Of a stretch of 64,000 nucleotides of DNA, positions 1 to 13,300 are shown piece by piece. Below the pieces are notes generated by a model. That model ran no database searches. It was not told the origin of the DNA and saw nothing but the letters and a program-made list of their open reading frames with translations. How positions within the stretch are numbered: position 1 is the first letter of the stretch; each line of letters opens with the position of its first letter. This stretch comes from Azolla caroliniana. Taxonomy: Eukaryota; Plantae; Polypodiophyta. The stretch is from NCBI GenBank assembly GCA_043228905.1, contig JBHGNT010000008.1:19406001-19470000 (forward strand). Direction: 5' to 3'. Both the position numbers and the translations under genes were made by a program.

Positions 1-113
1 CCATGTAATATATATATATATATTCTATTGGCTGAGATGTAATGTACTTAAGATTCCACTGTAACCCATCGAATATAAATTATTGTATGACCGTAATAAA
101 GTGCTGAGTGCAG

Positions 114-1980
114 GACAGCAGGAAGAAAGCGTGTGCACTGTTGGATAAGATCATGAGTTCCCGGAGGGTGTCCAATGATGAGCTAAGATCTGGATCAAGG
201 TTTTCTTTGTCATCATCAAATGACATGCTGGGCTTAATGATGAGGCTGGAAGACGAGAATGGGATCCAAATGAGTGATGAGGAGATCCATGACAATGTGC
301 TCACGATCCTCCATGCTGCTTATGACTCCTCTGCCTCTGTCTTATGCTGGATCATCAAGGTCCTCACGGAGCATCCCAACCTCCTTGCCAGTATCAAGGT
401 GACTTTGTTTATTTGTTTGTTTGTGTGTGTGTGAGTACGACAAAGATTGATTCAGATAGTTTTCTAAAGACAATAAGGTCATGTGTTCAACCCATATATA
501 CTCTAGGGAGTGTTGGAACCCAGGCCTACGTGTGAATAAAAATATGACTTACTTTGCCGAGGTTCAAATGTCACGAGTCTCACTGAATTATTAGATGACT
601 GTATAGAATGTAGGGGTTGAACTCACACCTATGGTCTTTTTGTTTCTGATGAACAAACTTTAAAAACTGAGCTGCATCCTTATGGCTATGCTAGATATTG
701 TCCCCGGTTAGCTTAAGTGATCCTAATAATGGCTCTTTTATACAATTTAGTATCATTTCCTCCTTACAGTAAGGTATATTGACTTCATAGATTATCTTTG
801 GCCCCAAAATTTCTCCTTTGTGCAATCTTGATATCCTTTCCTCGTAATATAATAAGTCAACTTCGTGTTAAATATCTTGATTGAACACCCATTTTAAGTT
901 TATAATGTTGATTCTCAATTTTTTAGGAAGAGCATGAAATGATTCATGCAGAAAAGGGATCTGATGAAAACATCAAATGGTATGATGTAAAAGAGCAAAT
1001 GCAACTCTCGCTAAAGGTATGATTTATCTTTATGTTTTCATACAAATCAAATAAAGGACGCATGACTAATGCTGAAATAATTTACTTCGATTTCATAAGT
1101 AAGCAATATTCGGCAAGACTTTTCATTTCATGCTGCCTTCTAAATTGTTGGCACACTAATGATAAATGTCACTTAAAGTAACAATCACATGTTGTATTCA
1201 TACTTCTTACACATCTATCAATTATCGAAAAGACATTATGACCCGAGTAGTTGTTATGCTTTACAGGTAATAAAAGAGACTCTACGGATAGCCAATGTCG
1301 TGGAGTTCTCTTATAGAGAAGCCGTTGAAGATGTATCATATAGTGGTATATCTAAACTCATTATACCAATTTATAAAAATCCATTATTTCTCACTGATTA
1401 CAAGCTGACGAATTTTTTTGTATAAAGAAATATGATTAGCGTTTTTTATATTCTTAGGTATGGTTTTTCCCAAGGGCTGGCGTGTCATAATAGCACATGT
1501 TGCATACCATATGAACTCGGCATATTTTTCTTGCCCTAAAGAATTCGATCCCTCGAGATTCAGGGTGGGTTCAAATTTGGTACAAATTTTCAATCGTGTA
1601 GCTAACATATATGAGCAAATTACATGTAAATTGTTGAGCACATAATGTGTATTCTTGATCCAGGTTCAACCCAAGCTCTTTAGTTTTACACCATTTGGAA
1701 GTGGCTCTTATGGCTGCATCGGAAGGGAGCTATTTCACTTGCAAATACTTGTGTTTCTTCACCATCTTGTATTGAGATATAGGTATACTAAAAACATTTC
1801 TTATCTCATAAATTCTAATGCCATTACATAAACATAAATTGTCAAGGGCATGAAAGAGAATGTCTCACATTCATTCTGCCATCTATCAGTTGGAAGCATT
1901 GTGGAAATGAAGATGGTTCAGAGTTTGTGCCTACTCATGTGCCAAAGGGAGGATATCCTATTCACGTTAAAGAAAGGTAA
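114..1980 (+). CDS. Cytochrome P450, CYP85 clan, CYP707A (ABA 8'-hydroxylase)-like; 3' part only (5' exons lie upstream of the window)
   Basis: GT-AG exons 114-398, 927-1016, 1267-1345, 1458-1564, 1664-1782 and 1890-1980 splice in frame. They encode the I-helix ILHAAYDSSAS, ExxR (KETLR), REAVEDV, PKGW, FDPSRF and the heme motif PFGSGSYGCIG. TAA stop at 1978-1980. Confidence 0.92.
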
Positions 1981-3942
1981 ATATAAATTTTAATGTTTTA
2001 AAGCAATCTAGTCGTAAGGGATATATACACACATTTCAATAAAACAACATACATGCAAATCAATGATAAGTTATAAAAAGCTAGGATTTGCATTACTTGG
2101 TACATGACCGATATCCTCCATTTTTGTACGTTTTTATTAATCTTCATCCTTTTTGTGTTTGTTTCTGGTTAGCTTTGTAAAGTTCAAATAAAACAAATAT
2201 GGGGAGTTTATAAAGAGGCACTCATGCGGCTACAGAAACAACAATGTATGAAACACATTAGATTAGAGGTGCTGCAGAGTTTTCTTTGAGGTTAACCATA
2301 AAAGTAATGTGTACATTACATAGCCATCTAATCTGAAATTTAAACTAGAGTCTAAAATATGACCGTTACCTTTTCTGATAATACAGGGGTAATGATGAAC
2401 AGTCTAGAAGGGTTGAAGGGATTAAGAAAACCCAGAAAACAAAGATAACATAAATGAATGTAGTTGCATGGGTATATTTGCATGAAAAGGACGTGAGAAT
2501 TCCTGGTGATGTCAGTATAAATTAGGGCATGCGAAAATATATTCAGATCTACATATTGGTGAATGAGTAGAATCTAGATACTTACGAGACTTTGGAAGAA
2601 TAACAACATTTTTTTCATAGCTGAATGTAGCTTCTATAATTTGATAATAGTACTCCTATCCTTTTCATAAGATGATACTGTATCTATTAAGTCAGCTTGG
2701 CCCTAATAGATCATCATCCCAATCATTATACATATCATGAAATAGAAAAGGTGTTTGTTGACATACCGGCCGTAATGGTATTATCAATAACCCATACCAT
2801 GACATGATATACCATTTCAACCATTGTTCAAGAAAGATCTAATTGAATTTCCTTCAATCCTCTGATTAAAAGTAAATTTTTTGAACACTTCACTACCTTC
2901 ATCAGAACCATCGCCTGCCTTTGGTTTCAGCAAAAGCGATGACAGCAAGTCCTGTACGTATACAGGAGTTAGCCTTAAGAACACAAATATATGATGTGAT
3001 AAATAGAATATGACAGCGCATTAATGGATATCATCTATAAATATTGAAATGCAGCATGATAGTGGCACCACAACTCATCATTATCCCTGATCTTGTCAAT
3101 CCAACAAACCCTTCACTTGATCACAATGCACTATGGTTAAACTTCAAGATGCATATAATACATGAAATGAAATACTCTAGTTTCTACTGAACCTTCCTGT
3201 AGAATCTAGATCATACAATGAAAAAGTCCTAAATTTATATGATATGGCAAAAATGAAGCTTCTTATGATAAATACCACTAAATTTAACTGATGTATCAAA
3301 ATTAACCTTTGTTTGTGTTCTTTGATATACAAACAATTGTATTAGGTTTCACAGCAAAACATTAGAAAAAAATGAATTTTTAAGCTTTTGAATGGAAAAC
3401 CAATATTATTGAGTTCTAGCTCAATCGGTGGAAGAGCATAGATCAAATCATTAACAAATGCAAATCCAGTGTAAACTATTGTACAATACTCTTGGTTTCC
3501 GTGTTGAGTTATTGCTCTGAAAAATAGTAAGCTTTGCTCTTTCTATTATCCTACTTACATTCCTCATCAAGAAGTCTTTACTAAGAATTACAGGAATTTT
3601 CAATTGGTGCAGTGTTAATAATATACTTATTAACTTGGAAATCTTTACTCTGTCTTACAACAGGAAAGTTCCATTTTGTGTAGTATAAAGTAATATACTT
3701 ATTTGATTGGGTTTGTTCGAAACCCGAAAATTAAGATGATGTACAATAGCATACATTTCAAGACTCAAGTGACACCTTTTGTTTGTTTAAGAGCTATAAA
3801 TAACATATTCACTTGAACTGGACATCTGTTGTTTGTATTCATATAAGTGTATATATATCAGGTTCATCAGGATTGGAATTGGCCTCATTCTTCATTTGTA
3901 TTGTAATACTGTTTTCATAACTGAGCAATAATTGTGTGACGT

Positions 3943-4429
3943 CTATATATGCCTCGCATGTTCTGGTCGATGTGAAACCTCAAAATCAAGATGAACGAAG
4001 GCTCTCTCTACCTCGGGCAATCGTTCCAATTTGTCTTGTAAGCTTTCACCAATGTCATGAGCTTGGCGCAATGGCATCTTTTCTTCTAATACAATGTCTA
4101 CCTCCACAAAATAATAGCCTCCGAATGTATATGCTCGAACTGTGTCAATTTGTTTCACGTCACGATGGTGATTCCAACTCAAGTATGTGAGCTTTTGTAG
4201 AAATTCTGGGGGAGCTGTCTCTCCTACAAGAGTTTTCACATTTTCTAGCACAGTGACAGACCAATTGTAGATGGTATACAAAGCCAACTGCATCACAAAC
4301 AAGAAGAATAATTAGAGGAAAGGGAGCCATTATTTTTATCTCACTTGAGATAGATAAATTTTGAGTGATTTAAGTGTGCTTGTCTTGGTGTGTATAATAT
4401 AAACAGTTGTTTCTATATACACACACACA

Positions 4430-4461
<32 letters not shown>

Positions 4462-4492
4462 AATTTATAGCAATATATATACACACACACAC

Positions 4493-4541
<49 letters not shown>

Positions 4542-5441
4542 CTTTAGCATAAATCTCATGAATGAGGAAGACGCACTCGATGGAGCTCATTTGAAGGGGA
4601 GTATAGTTCAATATCCTTCTCAAAGTAACTAGCATTGATGCACAAGTTGCTTTGTTTCTAAATGCAAGTAAGATTCGTAATAACAAAAAGTGATGATACC
4701 AGGTGTTAAATTCTTCAAAGTTGTAAGAATGTTATTTCGTCACATGTGCACTAACATTTATATTTGAGAAGCGTGTTAGAAGTGATGTGACTCATGGAGA
4801 AACTTCTAAGGATTCGCTTGGGCCGACAACACATGATGCATCTTTTTGTTGTGGAGCAATTATTTGGAGGAACTTATGAGTGTGGAAGCCTACTTAGTTT
4901 TGCCATCAAATAATGTTGTCTTTGAGATCCATACTCTCACGAACATTAGTGGACATGTAATTGTGGAAGATGGAAAGATTTGGGGTTACCTTATGTACAT
5001 GGGGTAGTTATTATACGTTTTAGTAAAGAACACTTGCCATCTTTAAGCGCACAGTTCATATTTATTGCAATTCTATTTGGGACAAACACAAGGAGCCAAA
5101 TTTGTTATTTTAATGCAATGTCATACGACTAACCACAAACAGAACCTTACATTTAAAAACCAAATGCATAAAGCACAATGGAAGATGTGGAGAAGAGAGA
5201 ACAACTTTGTGCGAGGTATTGTAGGGCGTGACAGAATGCACATAGTGCAAAGGGCGGCAATATTCAATGATGATTTTCTCTTCTGTATCTCTTTATTGAA
5301 TTGGTAGGGGTATTCTGGTAATTGCGGTGGTGTGTGGAGAATTTTGGTAATTCAGTTTGCTGTAGATTGATAAGAAAAATGTGATGTAATGGCACTTTCA
5401 ATAATTTGGTAATTTTTTCGAGCCACGTTATACACTACGAC

Positions 5442-5488
<47 letters not shown>

Positions 5489-8402
5489 TATTCTAAGCCT
5501 TACCACAATAGCACCCGAAGGATCTATCCACCATGCGAAGCGAGCAGCCAAGAGCGCAGCAACAAGACCCAGTGTATTGGTCACAACGTCAAAGAAATGA
5601 TCCTTTGCATATGCTCGAACAATCTCGTTCTTGTAAAGTCGACAAAGTATCATAAGGAAGAACTTGATAATTGTCACAGATACCATGACAGAAATTATCC
5701 AGATTTTCTTGTCACCGTTGAGATCAATTGTTGAATCCTGACAGGGCAATTCAAAAGGAGAAAATAAATTGTTTTGATTATCAACTTGGACTGTATATTT
5801 CCTTCAGTAGTATTCAAATTTCTTTTATTTCATCTCAGCTTCTTAGTTTACATCTACATAACAATTAGATAATCATTCATGTTTGGAACTTCCGTTCACC
5901 AAAACACTACTAGAATTTCTGAACTTTTCACGAGGAATGTTAGTAAATTGAAAAAAATCCAACAAAAACATATCAACTAGAATTGCAATATTTTCTCGTG
6001 GTTTCACAGCCAAATAGCAAAGAAATTATTTTAGATCACCACGGCTCTTTTATATCCCATTCATTAATTATACCATACGCTAGCACAATTACTGCATATT
6101 CTACTATGTTAAAAACTGCAAAGAAGCTGAAACTGTACGTTTATTTAATCTAACCAACAAGTCCTTCATTTCCTTCAATAAAACACTAAAATATGCGAAT
6201 TATATATCAAACTTACTTTAGCTATTAGTATTCGTGCTGATTCCAGCAGGATTTGGAGACCCAAGGTAGCCATAACAGATGCAAAGACCAAAATACCCTG
6301 ATTTAAGGAGCAGGAATTGAAACATGCTCAGTTTTAAATGCAAAGGTTCTTGAACACAAAGCAACTAATACGAAGAAAATGAACAAAGAAAATGGTCTAC
6401 TGGATCTCTAACGGGGAACTCTGGAAAGTTTATGCAGAGAGACATTTGCTGCCTCTGATGTACATAGCTTTGTTCTTCAAATAGAAAAATTGATCCTCCA
6501 TTTTCTAGGACTGTTGAAGAATAAATATAAAAGAACGAAAAGTTGAATACTTCCAAATTTCACCATTAAAATCCTCCACATCTGTGGTGGAGAAAATGTT
6601 ATATATGAAATTTAAGTGTATATGGAAATGGCATGTATGGAGATTAACTTGATTTGGTTTCATTCTGACAATTCTTTTACATGTATTTTAATAACTCATT
6701 AACGCAATGAAAACTGTAATATGCTGATAAATCTGATCAATATATATCTACACATACATATGCATATATATATGTAGACACATGCATACCACAGGTTGCA
6801 TCCGATTCTTGCCAATAGGGTAAACATAAGGATTTGGACGCTTAATGGTATGAGCCGTGAACCAGAGAATGAAACCAGAAAGCAGGTCCAGGAGGGAGTC
6901 TAAAGTAGAGGCGATGATGGCCAAAGATCCACTCTTTACTGAAACAAAGACCTTCATAGCAAACAGGAACATATTGGCGTAGTTAGAAATCAGGATGGCG
7001 AAGTTCTCCTTCTTCGCCAAAGCGTCACGTTCCTCCTCAGCCTGAAATTATGATATTATCAAGAAGAATATGAGCTCTGATATAAATCCCTATCTAGATA
7101 TCTGCCTTTCTCCTCTATCATAGTCCTTCTCCGTGATTAAATTAAAGCTTCGTGCTCCCTCTAACGCCTAGTGTAAGTGTAGCGACAGATCACAGTTGGA
7201 TATTTTTCTGTAAATATATCTATTAAGTTTAAATCTTAGTCCATTTCGGTGATTAAATTAAAGCTTCATGCTCCTTCTAACGCCTAGTGCAAGTCTAGCG
7301 ACAGATCAAACTTGGATATTTTTCTGTCTATATATCTATTAAGTCTAAATCATCACGTCAATTCCTGCTTCCGTCTACGCTGGGGAGGGCTGACGCAAAT
7401 CAGTCTTACCTTATTCTCTGCATATTTTTTTATCATATGTATATCTACATTATGATTTCTTCTTGCTTCGCTGTATATTTATAATTCCGATTTTTTAGCT
7501 AGAATAAATACCTGCAGGCGTTCTTCTTCATCAGTATTCATCTCCACCAAAGCGTCGAGATCATTGAATTCCTTCAATATCTCTCTCTGCTCATGATAGT
7601 ATTTGTCCAATCCCGTGCGTCTACCTGAACACACATTTCTCTCTCTCTCGCTCATGCTTATACCAAATTAACAATTCAGAACGAATCGGTATTAAGCGGA
7701 AATTAAGGTATACAAGGAACCAGTACTCAAATCAAGGAGCGAGCTTTTGAATACCACAGAAGCTAGCATGGAAATAAACAGTGAGATTAGATCAGGCGAA
7801 TGAAACAATTGCAGTCACACCTCAAATAAATGTGATAATCTGCAAATCTATAAAGACGGATTACATAAGAGAGAAAGGCTGTGGAAAGCAAGGATTACTT
7901 AAAAGAGAAAGGCGATGGAAATAAAAAGTTTTACTTTAGAGAGAAAGGCTATGGAGAGCAAGGATTACTTCAGAAAGAATAGCTGTGGAAAATAAGGATT
8001 ACTTGGGAAAGAATGGCCATGGAAGGTAGGAAAGAAAGTTTAAGAGATAGAGAAAGACGCACGTATTCCAATTATACCTAGGGCCTTCAAGCACTGATCG
8101 ACGATGGCGCCATTGCAGCAATATGATAATGAAGATTCCCTGCTATGTGAAGTAGAGTTATACAACTGTTGATGTTCATGAAGATGACTTAATTGAGGAG
8201 GATGAACTACATTAACTGGACGTTCGAGACGAAGTTCAGAAGCTTTGATACGCCATGATTCTCCAGCATCATCATCAACTTCTTCTTCTTCTTCTTCTTC
8301 ATGATGATGATCAGAGGAGACTAAAGATTCAGTCAAGAGTACGTGTCCCGCCTGCTCGTGAGGATGATCAGATGAAGGAGCAGCAAGATCAGGGGCTGCC
8401 AT
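3943..8402 (-). CDS. Metal tolerance protein, Mn-CDF group (MTP8-MTP11-like cation diffusion facilitator)
   Basis: Six exons (8402-8078, 7624-7512, 7041-6790, 6297-6217, 5737-5504, 4287-3943) with canonical splice sites. Motifs: [91 protein letters not shown]. Confidence 0.95.
7132..7351. repeat. Two-copy ~117-bp tandem duplication in MTP intron 2
   Basis: gtgattaaattaaagcttc...ctaacgcctagtg...agcgacagatca...ggatatttttctgt...atatatctattaagt occurs twice with a few substitutions. Confidence 0.85.
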
Positions 8403-8504
8403 GGCTCTAAATTAACTCCTGGGAATGAAGCTCGGAGCTCGGAGCTCTCCTAGCTGCAAAAGAGGGGATATTATGGACGAAGGAAAAAGGCAGGAAGAGA
8501 AACG

Positions 8505-8560
8505 TTAGGGTTAGGGTTAGGGTTAAGTATGAAAGCAAACGTTAGGGTTAGGATTAGGGG
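8505..8560. repeat. Short TTAGGG telomere-like/telo-box repeats upstream of the MTP start
   Basis: aacgTTAGGGTTAGGGTTAGGGTTAAG and aacgTTAGGGTTAGGATTAGGGG lie about 100-160 bp upstream of the ATG at 8402. Confidence 0.75.
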
Positions 8561-8679
8561 TCTGCGTCGCAATGGCGAGATAGAGAAAGATTAGAGAGAG
8601 AGAGAGAGGGGCTTCTCCTTCATAATATGTATTATTAGTTGTTTAATTAATAGTTTATTAATTAGTGTTTTTTAATTAA

Positions 8680-9330
8680 ATAATAAATAAACATTAGTAT
8701 TTTTTCTATAATCCAACGAAATAGCACTCCGAAATTGTATTTTTCATTTTTTATTCTCGTTTTCGAAGCTCCATTTCACTTATTAATTCGTTGTAACTAA
8801 AATTAAGAAAGTGGAATGTGGGAATCGAACCTGCGACCTCCTTTTCGAGTCTCTGCAGAGACTTTATTTTCTTTTTTCCGGGGGCTCTTCTTCATATCGA
8901 CAGAATTATTTAATAATTTTTATTTTATTTATTTAAATAATAAATAAGCCCTCCTATTTTTTTTTATAAATCCACAAAATAACACGCCGAATTTTGTATT
9001 TTTCATTCTTTTATTCTCGTTTTCGAAGCTCCAATATCGGCAGAATTATTTAATAATTTTTATTTTATTTATTTAAATAATAAATGAGCCCTCCTTTTTT
9101 TTTTTATAAATCCACAAAATAACACGCCGAAATTTGTATTTTTCATTCTTTTATTCTCGTTTTCGAAGCTCCAATTTCACTTGTTATTAATTCGTTCTAA
9201 CTGAAATAAGAAGTGGAATGTGGGAATCGAACCCGGGACCTTTTCTTCGTGTCTCTGCAGAGTCTTCTTTTGTTTCTTTGGGGAAATGTGGGAATCGAAC
9301 CCGCGACCTTTTCTTCGTATCTCTGCAGAT
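8680..9330. repeat. Complex AT-rich direct repeats including three tRNA T-arm/B-box-like motifs
   Basis: A block containing ttttattctcgttttcgaagctcca occurs three times. aatgtgggaatcgaaccYgSgacct occurs at ~8815, ~9216 and ~9285; its reverse complement contains GGTTCGATTCC. Confidence 0.7.
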
Positions 9331-10065
9331 TTTCTTTTGTTTCTTCTTCTTCATCTCCGCCTCCGCCATCGCCATCGCCATCGCCATCGTCTGTCGAAGC
9401 GAAAAGCCTCTTTCCATCTCAACAAACCAAACGCCGAACGAGAAGAATGCAGAACGCACAGGCTCTCCTGCGAAGCCCCTTTCTGTCAGAGGCAGTACGC
9501 GACCATGGCAAGAGCCAAGTCAGAAGAAGAGGCTAGCTTTCTGTTTTTTGTTTTCTTTTGTGATTATTTGATTCTGCGGTGTCTGCTGTTCGAGTCTATT
9601 TTCCATGGAAAGCTTGATCAAACCGAAGCTGCATTGCCTTGCCTTCTTCTCTTCCACTCGTGTTCCCGCTCTTCAACGGTTACAGAAACGCATTCCGGAG
9701 ACGACTGAAGAAGAAAGAAACATCGATAAAATCCGATCATTGTAAAGGAAAAACAAAAGGTGAGGTGATTGAAAATCTCTGTCTCTGTCTCTGTCTCTGT
9801 CTCTCGGTCTGAATGTGGTTTAGCCTGATTTCTTCTTAGATGGAGAAGAACGCCACAACTCTTCTTTCTGGTGTGGCGTTGGTCATGGTTTCTCCTGCTG
9901 GTATGTCTATCTGTACAAAACACTGTCTCTCCTTCCTCTGTACAAAGGAGACAATGGCACCTCCTGGTGTTGCAAATCTGCAAGATTGTATGTCAATTTC
10001 TAAGGATGCATCATGCAAATGCTCTACAATTGTGTACTCTCTCTTCTGCACTCAAGCATATTTGC

Positions 10066-10348
10066 ATTAGAACATTGATGGAATTTGGGCTTTAGCAATG
10101 CACTATGAGCAAAGATTATGTACATAATGTACATTAATTAGAACATTGATGGAATTTGGGCATTAAAAATGCATTATGAACAAAGATTATGTATGTACAT
10201 ATATGTACATTAGTTAGAAGTTAGACATTGATGGAATTTGGGGATTATCAATGCACTACGAACAAAGATTATGTACACATGAACATTAATTAGAATTTAG
10301 AACATTGATTGAGTTTGGGCATTATCAATGCACTATGAACAAAGATTC
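10066..10348. repeat. Four-copy ~70-80-bp minisatellite
   Basis: Unit agaacattgatggaatttgggcatta.caatgcactatgaacaaagattatgtaca repeated four times. Confidence 0.85.
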
Positions 10349-13300
10349 AGCAAGGCACGGGATTTAGGCATAGATGATCGTGACGGAAAATTAATGCTCC
10401 GATGTCTTCCATCACAGACAAGATTTCTATGTTACCCCCCCATGTGGTAAAGCTTGTTGTGTTCACCAACCTTGATAGGTATGGACACCATATTGTATGG
10501 TGAATATATAACGTTCATTGCAGTGCTAGGTCTGACAAATTTTCTTCTGTGCACAAATTGTGATCATGATGGAGTTCATAATGCACTGCAACCAACTTAC
10601 AAATGATGAATGAATTTCGGTGGTGCTAGGTTTGACGCATTTTCGTGTGTGCACAAATTGTGGTCATGAAAGAGTTTAGAATGAATTGCGACCAACTTAT
10701 ATAGATGATGAATGAATTTCATTACGATAGCAATAATCGTCATTTGCGGATCCAATAAGGATGTCATAATATTGTCCTTTATGGACTTTGGATCAACGTG
10801 TGTTATGTTTGGTTTAAAAATGATAAACATATCATTATCTTTATATGCCATATATAAAACTTTAATGCGCAAATTAGTTACATCCCACGTGTTTCTTAGA
10901 AAATTACTCAAAACGTTGTTGGAATACACTTGGCGGATCCCAAAAAACGACTTCATTATTTCAAGTATGCTTCATCATTCTTTGAAAAATTCGAGTGCAA
11001 CCTTGCCACCTAGCGCCAAAACTTTTAGGTGGGGGGACATGTATGTCCTTTGCAATTTGACTAACATTTGAAGTAAGGGCTACCCCACACATGAAACCTC
11101 ATTGATCCCTATTAATGTATGTGACATAACTAGTGATTTAGGTTCGATTGGAATCAAAACCATATATTGAACATAAAATTTAGGAAAGGCCAATCAAGTA
11201 ATTAAAGATCACACTTCAGGTATGAAAGGTGGTTAGTTCTCAATAAAAATTGTCCACATTCTCAAATGACTACTTTAATGATAGAAAGTAGATGCTATTT
11301 GTTTACCAAGCTATACTTAACTTCAAGGCATGCTTGATCTAATGAATGTATGAACTATTTTCCTGACACGTGCTCATGTATTATACACTGGTGTACACAT
11401 ATTTAGCTCATAAGTTGGTGCATAAACCATACACTTTAAGGGAGTTTGAGCCATGTTTGAAGGAATGCTCTCTCATCCTCAAGTTTGATAGCTACCTTAA
11501 ACCATCTCGATTACATTGGACTAATTACCTCAAAAGTGCGATAATCTTGAAGTCCTCCACATTGCCATGGAAACAAGTTGATAAGACTACTAGCTAGGTT
11601 CTCAATGCTCACGAAGGCATGTGTTAGATTTTAGGACGAACAAGATGTGGTAGTTTTAATCATTCAATGTTTCATATGATAAACTAAAATGATTAATGAT
11701 CTAGATTTAGATACATAGCTTTATAATAAGTTAATGGCATTACATAGGCACACATGCACACATATAAATATTCTCTAGAATTCTTGAAATTTCTCCCTTC
11801 CCCTTAGAAAGCTTATGACTCAATTCAAGTTTATTCGACTATAGTTAGGATTTGAAACAAACTACCATTTTTGTCGTTTCTAAAAACTTTTGAGTTCTAA
11901 CAAAAACTTTTGCATTGTATATGTTATCAAGGCTCACATAAATAACTTCTACTATTCTTTTATTCTAAACCAAAAGGGTATATTTCTCTCTCAATAATTA
12001 AGAAAGTTAACATAGTTTTTGTTTATTGTATTGTGCCTAAAATACGGGGTTCTAGCAAAGTATTGTAACTTATGTATGTGCGAAAGAGTGTTGCCATGGA
12101 AGAATTATTTCAATGTTTCACTTAGATTATCCCATGTATTGAATGGGTAAGTGAAGGCCTAAACCAATAAAGGTAAAGCAGATTTACACCAGGATTCCCT
12201 ACCCTTCCTAGCATGTGTGACACCATGCTAACAATAATGAATTATATTTCAATGTCTATTATTATGCAATGCGCCCATAATATTATAACCACTAGTGGGC
12301 TCTCCCATTAGTGGCCTCAAATCTTAATGGAACATGATGTGATATTGGTGGGCAAAAAAGATATTTCAAGCATGTCTCACTTTGTAATGCAACATCTCTT
12401 TGTTTTTTTTGTTGGAAAAAAACTAGGTTTAATATTATCTTATTTTGTAAGATAATTCACCTTATAATATTGCTCATGTGGAAACAATGAGTGAACTCCA
12501 AGAGAGGGAGAGTGTAAGCATGTGTTAATGCTAAGAGTTAAACATACAAAAGAGAAAAGCTTGTGCTATTTGCAAAGGCTCTCTCACACTATTTGTGATT
12601 CGAAAATCGAAGTAAATGTTTTGTGAATGATTAAAACCAATTAAAAAGAGTTTTTTTGAACGAGAGAAAATGATAGGTATATGTTACAAATTGACGACAA
12701 TGAGAGCCTTTAAACATAAATGGTGAAACAATTAAATCATAATAGGGGTAACATCCGTGAATGTTGCCAAAGCAATGAATAATGAACAAAAATTGGAGCC
12801 TCTTAGAAAATTTACAAGTTAGGTTGGTATGTCTATATGAGAAATTAGGTTATGGTAGATATTTCAGTATTAGTCAAATTATAACTACCCATTATAATTA
12901 GTTTGTATTAAGAAAATAATGGAAATGAAAGTCAAAGCTTTAGGTAGTCCTAGTCACCCATTACAATGCATTCATTGGCCATCAATCACTAAAGTCTCCT
13001 ATTCTTAGAAGTCATGTCAAATTTTTTATATAAATAAATATATTTATAAACGAGAATCCAAATGCCTTAGATTGTGGCCATATTAGATATAGTGATTGTT
13101 TTCATGGCACTAAACTATAACATTCCGTTTTATGTGATTACAGATACACATGCCATATCACAACTTTAGTATGATCAGGTGTTTAACATAGATGTTGTGA
13201 CATGAACTTCTTTATGTCGTATATGGACATATAGTTTACACTTTCTTAAACTCGAGGATTGCATTGTTGAAAATGCATCTAATTGAAATAATGTTGAAAT

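Noticed and set aside
2690-3170. Extra small gene between the P450 and MTP
   Set aside because: Some exon-like signals exist on the minus strand, but there is no ORF of meaningful length and no recognisable motif.
8505-8560. True telomere or chromosome-fusion scar
   Set aside because: Only a few repeat units, in one orientation, in a promoter position.
8810-9330. tRNA genes
   Set aside because: Only the T-arm/B-box is present; no D-arm, anticodon stem or acceptor pairing could be built.
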